NCBI GenBank assembly: GCA_903851045.1
Contig: CAINNF010000023.1
Location: 202 to 64,201, forward strand
From: Candidatus Adlerbacteria bacterium
GTDB lineage: Bacteria > Patescibacteriota > Minisyncoccia > Phycocordibacterales > SBAW01
DNA: 64,000 bases
Direction of reading: 5' to 3'
The first letter of the stretch is position 1. Every line of letters begins with the position of its first letter. Positions 1 to 9,001 of the stretch are shown here, in pieces. Under the pieces are notes generated by a model. That model saw nothing but the letters and a program-made list of their open reading frames with translations. It was not told the DNA's origin and made no database searches. The position numbers were made by a program, and so were the translations under genes.

Positions 1-383
1 AGATCGAGACTTCGCTCGGCCAGATCGACTTCGGTAACTTCGAGTCTCAAGTCGACGACTTGCAGACCAATGCCGCTGACCTCGCGACGGATGTCGAAGC
101 TATCACGGCCAAACTCCCGAAGTTGGTCGCACTCAAGGCACGGTTGGAGGATATCAAAAAGAAGCTCGAGCTCGTCGGCCCGGATGATGATGATGATATC
201 GACACGTCCATCAGGTCAATCATCGACCTCCAGGCCGAGATCGGCAACACCATCGACGATATGGCCGACCCCGACGATATTGTCACGAACCAAGCTAAGC
301 TCAAGACTCAGCTGACCCAGCTCCGCACAAGTCTCGACGCTCTCGCGACGCTACGCGACGCGCTGCGAACCATCGAGGTCTAA
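1..383 (+). CDS. Hypothetical acidic coiled-coil protein, 5' truncated by the window edge
   Basis: Frame is open from position 3 to TAA at 383; heptad-like Leu/Ile pattern; followed by a hairpin. Confidence 0.6.
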   Translation, partial: IETSLGQIDFGNFESQVDDLQTNAADLATDVEAITAKLPKLVALKARLEDIKKKLELVGPDDDDDIDTSIRSIIDLQAEIGNTIDDMADPDDIVTNQAKLKTQLTQLRTSLDALATLRDALRTIEV

Positions 384-402
384 GCCACCGCCCCACCCAA
401 CT

Positions 403-434
403 CCCGCACCCCACAAGGGTGCGGGCTTTCTTCT
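403..434 (+). terminator. Intrinsic terminator
   Basis: CCCGCACCC-CACAA-GGGTGCGGG followed by CTTTCTTCT. Confidence 0.6.
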
Positions 435-579
435 GATGAACCGAGGATATATAACTTCGCGGATTCGAACGTCGACCCATCGACAAGAGCATGGGCGCGG
501 ACGCCCGATGGATGCGAACACCCTCTTACCGTTCATGCGCACGATTGTCGAAGCCTTGCAACGACTCCCCTAACGCTCG

Positions 580-614
580 AACCCGTCTCGCGGCACGCCG
601 CGAGACGGGTTTTC
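580..614 (+). terminator. Intrinsic terminator hairpin
   Basis: AACCCGTCTCGCGGC-AC-GCCGCGAGACGGGTT-TT. Confidence 0.6.
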
Positions 615-705
615 ATATGTCAGGTCCGCATGAGCGCAGGCGCTTCCCTTTTTGATCCTTTTGTGACATATTTCCCGGCAGGCTCTTTGACCTGTCCTTA
701 GCGAG

Positions 706-1224
706 GTGCTGGCTATGCTGCCGAATATCACGGATATCGAAACGGCTTTCTTCTTGGCGATGGCGAACGGATATGCCCAGAGCGTCCCCAAACAGCGGGT
801 CCCTGGACTTCCTGGCTCTAAAACCATCACCTTTGTGTGGGGCGACTATACGGTCGTCGACCTGTGGTTTACGACACCGCACTCCAACGACAGTTTCGGC
901 ACAACCATCATCTACTTCAAGGGAGACGCTGTGTGGATGATGTCCTATGATGGTCAGTACCCGCAGGAGGTGATCCTCTTCCTCAAGTACGCACTGCATA
1001 TCGCGTACGTCGAACAACAGCGATTCAATGGCGGTCGCGGACCCGCTTTCGTAGTAAGTACCGACGGCGGACGCATCTACATCAACGAAGTGCAGCCAGA
1101 CTCATCCTTTCGACAGTTCGCTGGTGGCGAGCGTATCGAGAATGTGAGCGGGAGGAGGATTGGCTACCACAACTATCACGGCAGATTGCTGATAGACCTC
1201 CCATCTGAAAGGACGACCACATGA
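706..1224 (+). CDS. DUF5680-like protein
   Basis: VWMMSYDG, FLKYAL..GRGP, F.G.E.I and YHGRL motifs resemble DUF5680; start uncertain. Confidence 0.6.
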   Translation: MLAMLPNITDIETAFFLAMANGYAQSVPKQRVPGLPGSKTITFVWGDYTVVDLWFTTPHSNDSFGTTIIYFKGDAVWMMSYDGQYPQEVILFLKYALHIAYVEQQRFNGGRGPAFVVSTDGGRIYINEVQPDSSFRQFAGGERIENVSGRRIGYHNYHGRLLIDLPSERTTT

Positions 1225-1466
1225 CCGGCATCGCGGAAGATACGAGCGCCACCTTTAAGCTCATCGACGATGCCGCTGAACTGCTCGCCCCCGAACACGA
1301 ACTGCTCAAACTTCTCATGGAGGCGGGCATCGACGACGAGGGGTACTGTGCATTCAAACAGCGCTTCGGCGGAGAGAAGGGGCAAGGAACCGACTCCTAT
1401 AGCGTCGGGCATCTTTACGTTAACTACCTGCTCGAACTTCGTGCGGCGATCGCCGCGCTTGAGTGA
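1221..1466 (+). CDS. Hypothetical protein
   Basis: ATGA overlap with the upstream gene; followed by a terminator. Confidence 0.55.
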   Translation: MTGIAEDTSATFKLIDDAAELLAPEHELLKLLMEAGIDDEGYCAFKQRFGGEKGQGTDSYSVGHLYVNYLLELRAAIAALE

Positions 1467-1483
1467 CACGGTTCCCTGACCAC

Positions 1484-1510
1484 AGCCCCGACTTCGGTCG
1501 GGGCTTTTTT
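1484..1510 (+). terminator. Intrinsic terminator
   Basis: AGCCCCGAC-TTCG-GTCGGGGCT-TTTTT. Confidence 0.8.
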
Positions 1511-1515
1511 GTATA

Positions 1516-2286
1516 TCATTTGCTCGCGGGCACTTCGCTCAATTCCCACAGTACGTTGAATTGCATCTGGAGCGTCGAGCTGATGTCGGCCGAGTTGATG
1601 AGTACCGCCTGCATCTCGCGTACGGACGAGATGAACAACGCACGCGTGTCGAAGAGGATCAGTACCGCATGGAACGGCAGCATATGCACCTTGGGTATGA
1701 ATCTTGGTTGTCGCTCTTTGATCACATCACGACTGACACGCACATTCTCCGACGTCTTCTCCCACAGGGACCGTGAGGTGATACGACGGTCCTTTCGCTC
1801 TTTCAAGTAGTACGCCGCGTACGCTTCGTCGATGTCCGAAAAGAAGTTCTTCTTGGGGGCCAATATGTCCCAGTGCGTGCTCTTGGTACGAAAGGCGATC
1901 TCCAGCGCCATACGGATACCCGCGAGTCCCGAAAAATACTGCACATCAGGCATGCGTTCAGCTGCCTTTGGGGCCGGGAGCTTGGCGCACACTTCGAGCA
2001 ATCGCTCCTTACGCTCCTTATACTGCGCCTCCTCGAAGTTAAAGAGCGCTCTTAACCCCTCCTCTCTCGCCATGGTGACGACGAGTCGCCCGTTCTCCAT
2101 ACGTTTGTGGGCGAGACCCCGTTGCTCCAACACATGCAGGTGGTGATAGGTGGTGGCCCGGTTCATACCGAGCAGGCGACTCAACGTTGCGACAGTACAT
2201 GCACCCTGCCGTAGTCCGGCCTCATACACTGCGGCTTCGGTCGCGGAAAATCCAAAGGAGGTGAGCGCTGCGGTGATATGGGTCAT
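1516..2286 (-). CDS. TrmB-family transcriptional regulator
   Basis: N-terminal wHTH (LTSFGFSATEAAVY...RATTYHHLHVLEQRGL) plus C-terminal effector domain (QYFSGLAGI). Confidence 0.8.
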   Translation of the reverse strand: MTHITAALTSFGFSATEAAVYEAGLRQGACTVATLSRLLGMNRATTYHHLHVLEQRGLAHKRMENGRLVVTMAREEGLRALFNFEEAQYKERKERLLEVCAKLPAPKAAERMPDVQYFSGLAGIRMALEIAFRTKSTHWDILAPKKNFFSDIDEAYAAYYLKERKDRRITSRSLWEKTSENVRVSRDVIKERQPRFIPKVHMLPFHAVLILFDTRALFISSVREMQAVLINSADISSTLQMQFNVLWELSEVPASK

Positions 2287-2363
2287 ATGTGTTTATAAAT
2301 TATAATAAACATATCTGGCACTTCGGCGCAAGTGCCGTATGCTGACGACAGTTCGATCTTTAC

Positions 2364-3482
2364 ATGTTGGAGGACGACATGCGTGACGCTACCCCTCGAC
2401 CCATCACCGTCGTGATCGTTGGCGGAGACTGGGACACCACTGGCGGGAGAGCCTCGTCATACGTGACACAGTTCGCCGATGCTCTGCGCGACTCAGGTGC
2501 CGTCGTCGCGCTCTACAACGGCGGCACTATCGAACACCTTTCCGGATACATCCTTGAAAAGGGAGTTGCGGGATACCAGGCGATCGTCTGGATCCCGAAC
2601 GTTCCGAACGAGTTCCCCAAGCATCGCCAAGTTAAGCTCGTGCACCCGCATGCACTGCTCGTCGTCGCGAAGCGCAACCAGGACGAATACACCCTGCACG
2701 AGTTGCTCAACCGCGCGTTGGGACTGCATGCGAACCTGTGTATCGACTTCAGGCGAGCACAGGGGCGAATCAGTGCACGACTGCTGGACGTTATGGGAGT
2801 CATCTGGCAAGACCACACGACAGATATCAAACAAATGGCTTCGATGCTTGCGGGACGTTTGGAAGCGCTGCGCGCCGTTACTCGCCAAGGAACCCGACAG
2901 GTGTCGACAACCCCGCTCACCGTCCCCGACCAGCCGACCTTCTTCGACATCGTGCGGCGCTACGCCGGAGTCTTCCACGAACTCATCGTACCGGAGCCGT
3001 CGGTCACTCGTTTCCTCGGGAACGCATCCTTCAGGTGCGAGCGCGGTTTCCCGTCATTTCGAGACGAGACCAATACCGTCTTCGTCTCACGGCGCAACGT
3101 CGACAAGCGCTACATCGACGCTTCGGCCTTCGTCGCGGTCCAACAAGCGGATGATGCGGTGCTCTACTGGGGAGAACACAAACCCTCCGTGGACGCACCC
3201 GTGCAACTGCGACTCTATGATGCGTTGCCGAACATACGCTTCATGCTGCACGCCCACGTCTATCTCGCGGACGCACCGACCACGACGCACGTGCTACCCT
3301 GCGGCGCGCTCGAAGAGGTGGCGGCGGTACTCGCAACGATCCCCGACCGCTCGACGACCAACGTGCACGTCAACCTGCCTGGGCACGGCTGTCTGATCAT
3401 GACCAGCGACCCGACCCAACTCCACGACCTGCCGTTCATCGCACGCGTGCTACCTGAACACCTCACCGTGATGCCCCACTAG
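2364..3482 (+). CDS. Class II aldolase/adducin-domain protein with an uncharacterised N-terminal domain
   Basis: GNAS, KPSVD, HAH and LPGHG Zn-aldolase II motifs in the C-terminal half. Confidence 0.65.
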   Translation: MLEDDMRDATPRPITVVIVGGDWDTTGGRASSYVTQFADALRDSGAVVALYNGGTIEHLSGYILEKGVAGYQAIVWIPNVPNEFPKHRQVKLVHPHALLVVAKRNQDEYTLHELLNRALGLHANLCIDFRRAQGRISARLLDVMGVIWQDHTTDIKQMASMLAGRLEALRAVTRQGTRQVSTTPLTVPDQPTFFDIVRRYAGVFHELIVPEPSVTRFLGNASFRCERGFPSFRDETNTVFVSRRNVDKRYIDASAFVAVQQADDAVLYWGEHKPSVDAPVQLRLYDALPNIRFMLHAHVYLADAPTTTHVLPCGALEEVAAVLATIPDRSTTNVHVNLPGHGCLIMTSDPTQLHDLPFIARVLPEHLTVMPH

Positions 3483-3559
3483 CTCACTCACCGCCCAGCA
3501 AAAAATGCTGGGCGGTCCTTGTCGTGGTCGGTCACCATGACAGTGCCGTAGACTCCCTC

Positions 3560-4306
3560 CTATCGTCGTCGGCCGAAGATGCGCAGGAGATCGAGAAACA
3601 AGTTGACGAAGTCGAGGTACAGCGTGAGCGCCCCGTTAATTGCCTCTTTCTTCTCTCCATCGGAGCCTTCGGTGCGGCCTTGTTCGTACAACCACTTCAA
3701 CTTTTGCGTATCGTACGCAGTAAGCGCGACGAACACCACGACACCCACACACGCGAGGACCAGACCTGCGGTATCGTTCATAAAAAAGAGATTGATGAGC
3801 ATCGCGACCACCAGACCAAGGAGCGCCATACCTGCGAGATGTCCCACCGTCGTCAGGTCCCGCTTCGTCACAAACCCATACAGACTCATCGCACCGAACA
3901 TCCCGGCGGTCAACAAGAACACCTCCCCTATCGAGCCGATCGTGAACACGAAGAATATGACCGAGAGCGTCAGACCATTCAGTGAAGCATACAGCAGGAA
4001 CACGATCGAAGAGAGAGTGCTGGATATCTGATGCACCATACGCGAAAGAAATATGACCGCGACCAGTTCGACGAGAAGGAGCGCGTAGAAAACGAGACGA
4101 TCCCCTAGGACGAGCGTCGCGACCGCAGGTGTCGCGGCAACCCAGCCTGCGACGATAGCACTTACCACCAACCCGGCACACATCCACCCATACACCTGAC
4201 GAATAAAGGTCGCCTGTTCGGGGGTCGAGAACGACCCAAGCGCGAGCATACCCCAACTTGGTTTCAAAGGGGGTACCGAAGTGCCTAGCTGTGTTTGATC
4301 TGTCAT
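3560..4306 (-). CDS. Bax inhibitor-1/YccA family membrane protein
   Basis: VYGWM, TAYDTQKLK and GALTLYLDFVNLF motifs; about 7 TM segments. Confidence 0.9.
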   Translation of the reverse strand: MTDQTQLGTSVPPLKPSWGMLALGSFSTPEQATFIRQVYGWMCAGLVVSAIVAGWVAATPAVATLVLGDRLVFYALLLVELVAVIFLSRMVHQISSTLSSIVFLLYASLNGLTLSVIFFVFTIGSIGEVFLLTAGMFGAMSLYGFVTKRDLTTVGHLAGMALLGLVVAMLINLFFMNDTAGLVLACVGVVVFVALTAYDTQKLKWLYEQGRTEGSDGEKKEAINGALTLYLDFVNLFLDLLRIFGRRR

Positions 4307-4474
4307 ACGTCAAGTGTATACAACCAAGTGCACGGCGACAATGTCTCTGCGCACATTCGACCGGTGAACGTGAGCACATTACCCACTCATGAAGGTTGAC
4401 GAAATGAGGCATCTATCCTACTATGCGACAGGCGCGGGTATCCTCCTTGCGTCAGGTGCTAGTAGGGACATCAC

Positions 4475-4675
4475 ATGGCTTACGGTTCCGAGGATTCGAA
4501 GTTCAGGTTCGCGGGAGAAGGTGGTGAAGTTCATCACTTGCCCACGATCGCAGCCGAGAGGTTGGCACGGGAAGCGACACGCGCGAGATTGCGAGCAGCC
4601 GCAGAAGCGAGAGACGCATCGTGCCACCCCAATGGAGTGGTCCTCTCCGACATTGATCGGGCGGCGGAGCAGTAA
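4475..4675 (+). CDS. Small hypothetical protein
   Basis: ATG preceded by AGGGA; helical Ala/Arg/Glu composition; terminator-like hairpin at about 4743-4778. Confidence 0.35.
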   Translation: MAYGSEDSKFRFAGEGGEVHHLPTIAAERLAREATRARLRAAAEARDASCHPNGVVLSDIDRAAEQ

Positions 4676-4868
4676 CCTCGAACATGCGACATAGCTACTG
4701 ACGTGCCTTAGCCTAGGATAAGGGATGAAATGTTCGTTGGGGACGGCTTACCAAGCAAGTAAGCCGCCTCATTTTTTTATATCGCAGCGATCCCAATAGC
4801 TCTATCGTTTTTTCTTACGTTTGTCCGCTTATATAAAATAAAGATGCGCAACATGGTAGGATGTTCCT

Positions 4869-5192
4869 ATGTGGCCATTCACCTCCGTCCCGACCATAGC
4901 GGCAGCAGATGCCGCGACCAAGGTCAAAGATACGACGATCGGTTTTATCGACGTACGCTCACCCGCCGAATATAAAGGTGGTCACGCGACAGGAGCGGTC
5001 AATCTCCCACTTGGCGAGATCAACCCGGCACAGATAGAGAAGCTACAACGGTTCGCCGAGGTATATGTGATCTGTCAGTCAGGCGGACGCAGCGCGACCG
5101 CAACCTCTACACTGGTAGCCGCAGGCATCAAAGCCTTCAGCATCACCGGCGGCACCTCCACCTGGCGAACACTTGGACTGCCTATGGCGTAG
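4869..5192 (+). CDS. Rhodanese-like domain protein
   Basis: IDVRSPAEY..GH..GA and CQSGGRS active-site loop. Confidence 0.9.
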   Translation: MWPFTSVPTIAAADAATKVKDTTIGFIDVRSPAEYKGGHATGAVNLPLGEINPAQIEKLQRFAEVYVICQSGGRSATATSTLVAAGIKAFSITGGTSTWRTLGLPMA

Positions 5193-5281
5193 GCAAGAGG
5201 GATACAGCACACCACCGTCCAGTGGCCATCACAACAAGCGCCACGGTTTTGCTATAAAAAGATTTGGGGTAGAATCCCGAC

Positions 5282-6019
5282 ATGCTGGTCTACATTGACG
5301 AAACGGGCGACCACAACCTCAACAAGATCGACCCGACGTATCCTCTTTTCGGGCTGGGTGCACTCATGATTTCTGAGGAGGAGTACCAGCGCATGGACGC
5401 TGAAATCTGTGCGATCAAAAAGGAGTTCTTTAACGACGATGGGGCTTTTATCCTCCACTCCTCCGAACTCAAGCGGCCGATCCACGCGAGAAGCGACTCA
5501 AGGAATATAATCATGTCCGACCCTGACACTCGTCGTCGATTTTTCGAAGCGTTCGACACGAGAGTAGTGAGCGCGTTCGACTTTACCATCATCGCCTGTT
5601 TTATCAGAAAACAAGATTTGGTCGAAACTTACGTCCTACCAACCGACTCATATTTCTTTTCGTTCGAAAATATCCTTAACAGGGTCATCAGGTGCGGCAA
5701 CACAACCAACTCGATATATGCAGAACGCCGCGGCGCAGAATTGGATCCGGAATTACTCTCCGAATACGACCGGTTTTGTAAGACTGGCATACGATTCTAC
5801 ACCACTGACGAAGTCATAGCCCGGACGACGTTCAAGCTCGTCAACAAGAAAGAGAACATAAACGGTCTGCAGGTCATCGACCTCCTATTGTCATGCCTCG
5901 CGAGGCACTATCTCGGCAAGACCGAAAAGATGCTCCACAACGACCTTACCCCCGAGCTGGTTATAACAAAATACGCCTGTACCCCAACCTTTTTCCCATA
6001 TAAGAAAAAACCTAGGTAG
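5282..6019 (+). CDS. DUF3800 domain protein (RNase H-like fold)
   Basis: N-terminal YIDETGD, LHSSEL and C-terminal GLQVID motifs. Confidence 0.85.
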   Translation: MLVYIDETGDHNLNKIDPTYPLFGLGALMISEEEYQRMDAEICAIKKEFFNDDGAFILHSSELKRPIHARSDSRNIIMSDPDTRRRFFEAFDTRVVSAFDFTIIACFIRKQDLVETYVLPTDSYFFSFENILNRVIRCGNTTNSIYAERRGAELDPELLSEYDRFCKTGIRFYTTDEVIARTTFKLVNKKENINGLQVIDLLLSCLARHYLGKTEKMLHNDLTPELVITKYACTPTFFPYKKKPR

Positions 6020-6066
6020 GGGCAAGGGGGCCCCCCGCATTCGCAGTGAACCCCCTCTGCCTTAGC
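6000..6066 (-). ncRNA. Candidate small structured antisense RNA 3' of DUF3800
   Basis: Minus-strand promoter TTTACA-N16-TATACT (6098-6071), then GGCAGAGGGGG...CCCCCTTGCC stem and CCTAGG-TTTTTT; boundaries approximate. Confidence 0.45.
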
Positions 6067-6169
6067 CAGCAGTATACTTTTTTTATCTGTTTTGTAAATG
6101 AACCCTGTCCCCCACTCCTACAAAACTCTTGCGCTATATATTGGGTAAGTATGCATAGGCGGACACGGA

Positions 6170-6838
6170 TTACTTGAATCGGATTATGTCTTGAAATACA
6201 ACAATTGGCCTAGTCTTATCAATCCAATCATTTAGATCTATTACTTTTTCGTACAAAATTCCGTCTTTGTTGACAATAGTCACGCTAGAAATGTCGTAAC
6301 CTTGATCCTCCTCCGTTGGAGAACCCAAAAACCATACTCCGGTGGAAAGATTTTTTGATTGTAGGTAATCAATTAAAGATTTTATGTCATTACCGTCAAT
6401 TTTTCTGTAGGTTGATACAGCAATGCTGTAGGCCTCTAATTTAGGGAGTACGTTTTTTTGCAAAAATTTATCAAAAGTGGACGACCAATTCGTATATTCT
6501 TTAATGTCGAACGGATATGCCCCCATCTTTTCATTTGTTTCTCCAGGTAACCTATATGCGATATAGACGTCATTGTCCGGATTAGTTGGAAACACAAGAT
6601 AGTGTGGATAATTAAAATAATCTTGCAGCGCAACCGCTACAAACATTGCGAAATAACCCTCACGTAAACGCTGATATTTTCGATCTCTGAAAAAAAGATT
6701 TTTATCGGAAGATTTCTCATACTCTTGCAAAGAAATCATGTAAACAGACTCAATTGGCAACAATCTATCTAATGGATAAATCTCTGAAGTGGTCTCAGAA
6801 ATTCTCTTCAAGAAAAAATTGTTGTCCATATTCATCAT
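6170..6838 (-). CDS. AT-rich hypothetical protein, possible PD-(D/E)xK nuclease
   Basis: Much lower GC than the flanks; NPDNDVYI...FDIKEY pattern; start reassigned to ATG at 6838. Confidence 0.6.
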   Translation of the reverse strand: MMNMDNNFFLKRISETTSEIYPLDRLLPIESVYMISLQEYEKSSDKNLFFRDRKYQRLREGYFAMFVAVALQDYFNYPHYLVFPTNPDNDVYIAYRLPGETNEKMGAYPFDIKEYTNWSSTFDKFLQKNVLPKLEAYSIAVSTYRKIDGNDIKSLIDYLQSKNLSTGVWFLGSPTEEDQGYDISSVTIVNKDGILYEKVIDLNDWIDKTRPIVVFQDIIRFK

Positions 6839-6845
6839 ATTTGTC

Positions 6846-8270
6846 TCAACGAGGCTGGCGCAACTCCCTTTTCTCCATTCGGTAGAGCTCATCGAGGTGG
6901 GTGTTCTTGATGAGTGCGCGGTCGTGGGAGACGAGGACGACGGTGCCGGTGTAAGACTGGAGGAGTTCTTCGAGCGCGTGGAGGGCATCGAGGTCGAGGT
7001 TATTGGTCGGCTCGTCGAGGACGAGAACGTTGACCGAGCGTGCCGCATAGAGCGCGAGGAGGAGTCGCGCGCGCAGGCCGGGACTCAGGTGATGGATTGG
7101 CTGTGCGCAGAGGCGATATGAGATGCCGAATTTTTTGAGCAGATTGACCGCGAGCGCATCTTTGAGACCCGACTCCGACGCAAGCAGCTCGAGTACCGTG
7201 TCATCTTGTGGGAGCGACTCATACTCTTGGAGCAGGTTGCCGACGCGGCAGTGCGAGCCGCGCGTGACTTCGCCCGAGTCGGGCACAAGTAGGCCAGTGA
7301 GGAGCTTCAGCAGGGTCGACTTGCCCGAGCCGTTCTTGCCGATGATGCCGATGCGCTGGCCGTACGGCACACGCAGCGTGCACGGGCCAACTCCTGCGCT
7401 ACCCGCCGTGCCATCTGCGTTTTTGTATCGATACACCACGTCCACAAGCTCGATACCGAGTGTGCCGCCATCCGCTTTAGGGTCAAGCAGGATAGTCATC
7501 GGCTCACGCTGTGTGGGGCGTTCAAGCTGCTCGATCGCCGCGAGCCGCGAGTTCGTCGCCTTGACCTGCATGGCCGAGCCGCGGGCGCGATCGCGAAAAA
7601 ATCCCTTGGTCAGTTTGTCCTTATCGTTCGGCTCGAACGTGTCGCCGCGCGCCGCATCATCCTTCTTTCGTCGCACCAATTCGGTCAGACGCTCGACCTC
7701 TTCCTGCTGTTCATCATATGTCTTAATATGATACTCGCGCCGTCGTTCCATCTCTGCCAAGTATGCCGAGTAAGTCGCGTTCATCGACTCCAGCGTGCGC
7801 TCTTGTTCATCGAGCGTCCATATCTTGTTCGCGACCGAGTCCAAGAACGCGCGGTCGTGCGACACGAAGACGAACGCCGCATTCGAACTTTTGATCTTGC
7901 GCTCCAGCCATGCGAGTGCGTCTGCGTCGAGGTTATTGGTCGGCTCGTCCAGCAGATACACCTCCGCCTCTTGAGCAAGCGCAGTTTCGAGCATCGTGCG
8001 CCGTGATTCGCCCACACTGTACCGCTCGCTCCCCTCGCGGGAGACGTCGCGCTCCTGCGGCACGAACGACACTCGTACGTTCTTTACATACCGCACCTCG
8101 CCACCGTCAGGCGCGAGCTCTCGGGCGATGATCTGCAAAAAGGTCGACTTCCCCACACCATTCGGCCCGATGAGCGCGATGCGGTCACCTCTCTCGATCG
8201 TGCATGAAATGTCGGAAAGGATCTGGTGCGTCCCGAACGACTTGGATATATGGTTGAGCGACACGAGCAT
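6846..8270 (-). CDS. ABC-F family ATP-binding protein
   Basis: Two Walker A motifs (GPNGVGKS, GKNGSGKS), two LDEPTNNLD/SHDR motifs, helical linker, no TM. Confidence 0.9.
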   Translation of the reverse strand: MLVSLNHISKSFGTHQILSDISCTIERGDRIALIGPNGVGKSTFLQIIARELAPDGGEVRYVKNVRVSFVPQERDVSREGSERYSVGESRRTMLETALAQEAEVYLLDEPTNNLDADALAWLERKIKSSNAAFVFVSHDRAFLDSVANKIWTLDEQERTLESMNATYSAYLAEMERRREYHIKTYDEQQEEVERLTELVRRKKDDAARGDTFEPNDKDKLTKGFFRDRARGSAMQVKATNSRLAAIEQLERPTQREPMTILLDPKADGGTLGIELVDVVYRYKNADGTAGSAGVGPCTLRVPYGQRIGIIGKNGSGKSTLLKLLTGLLVPDSGEVTRGSHCRVGNLLQEYESLPQDDTVLELLASESGLKDALAVNLLKKFGISYRLCAQPIHHLSPGLRARLLLALYAARSVNVLVLDEPTNNLDLDALHALEELLQSYTGTVVLVSHDRALIKNTHLDELYRMEKRELRQPR

Positions 8271-8310
8271 GCACGTAGTATATACAAACCAGCCAGAGAG
8301 ACCTTACGTG

Positions 8311-8382
8311 TTGCGGGGGCCGGAATTGCACCGACGACCTTCAGGTTATGAGCCTGACGAGCTACTTCTGCTCCACCCCGCT
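8311..8382 (-). tRNA. tRNA-fMet (CAT)
   Basis: AGCGGGGTGGAGCAG...TCAGG-CTCATAA-CCTGA...CCCCGCAA; 1:72 mismatch typical of initiator tRNA; no encoded CCA. Confidence 0.9.
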
Positions 8383-8415
8383 ATCCTGAGCCTGCGCTCT
8401 GATAACGCTATTGTA

Positions 8416-8991
8416 TCAAATATAGTCAAATTCTTCAAATACCCGCTGATATTGGTTGATCGTGGCGGTCGCATCTCGCTGCGAAAGGGGGAACGCGTCG
8501 CCAAGGTGGGCGATGGCATTGCGCATGCGGTGGGCCTCCCAGGCGAGGTCGAGCGTGGTGAACTGGAGCGGGTTCGCCTGCTTGAGTTGCTCACCCAGCG
8601 TCTCGCCTGGATACCCACGCTCCGACAGGAGCGAGGCAAGCATGATGTCGGCCTCCAATATCGCTCGCCGCCAATCACTTTCGCTGGACGAGGACGCAAG
8701 CCCCGACACCATCTCCCAACGCAGGTTCTTCGCGGCATGCACATCCTGCTGCCGCTTCGCGCGCTCGCGCTCTTCGATCACCAGGAACCCGTGATGCTCG
8801 ACCTGGATCAGTCGTATGCGCACGTACATGAGCATCACCAGCAACACCACCGCAAGTACCATGCCGATGGTCGCGACCGTTTCGACGAGAAAGATGAACG
8901 TACTGGGTAGTGCCTGCACGTCGACAGGGACGCTCGTGAGCGCCTGGAACATCTTCGCAAATATGTACTCGAGATTTAAGCTGGGGAGCAT
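8416..8991 (-). CDS. Membrane-anchored protein with a HEPN-like RNxIAH motif
   Basis: N-terminal TM helix; AILEAD...RMRNAIAH. Confidence 0.7.
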   Translation of the reverse strand: MLPSLNLEYIFAKMFQALTSVPVDVQALPSTFIFLVETVATIGMVLAVVLLVMLMYVRIRLIQVEHHGFLVIEERERAKRQQDVHAAKNLRWEMVSGLASSSSESDWRRAILEADIMLASLLSERGYPGETLGEQLKQANPLQFTTLDLAWEAHRMRNAIAHLGDAFPLSQRDATATINQYQRVFEEFDYI

Positions 8992-9001
8992 CCCCTCTAT
9001 T

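Noticed and set aside
436-573. 45-codon ORF between two terminators
   Set aside because: No RBS or motif; possibly a gene remnant, unsupported
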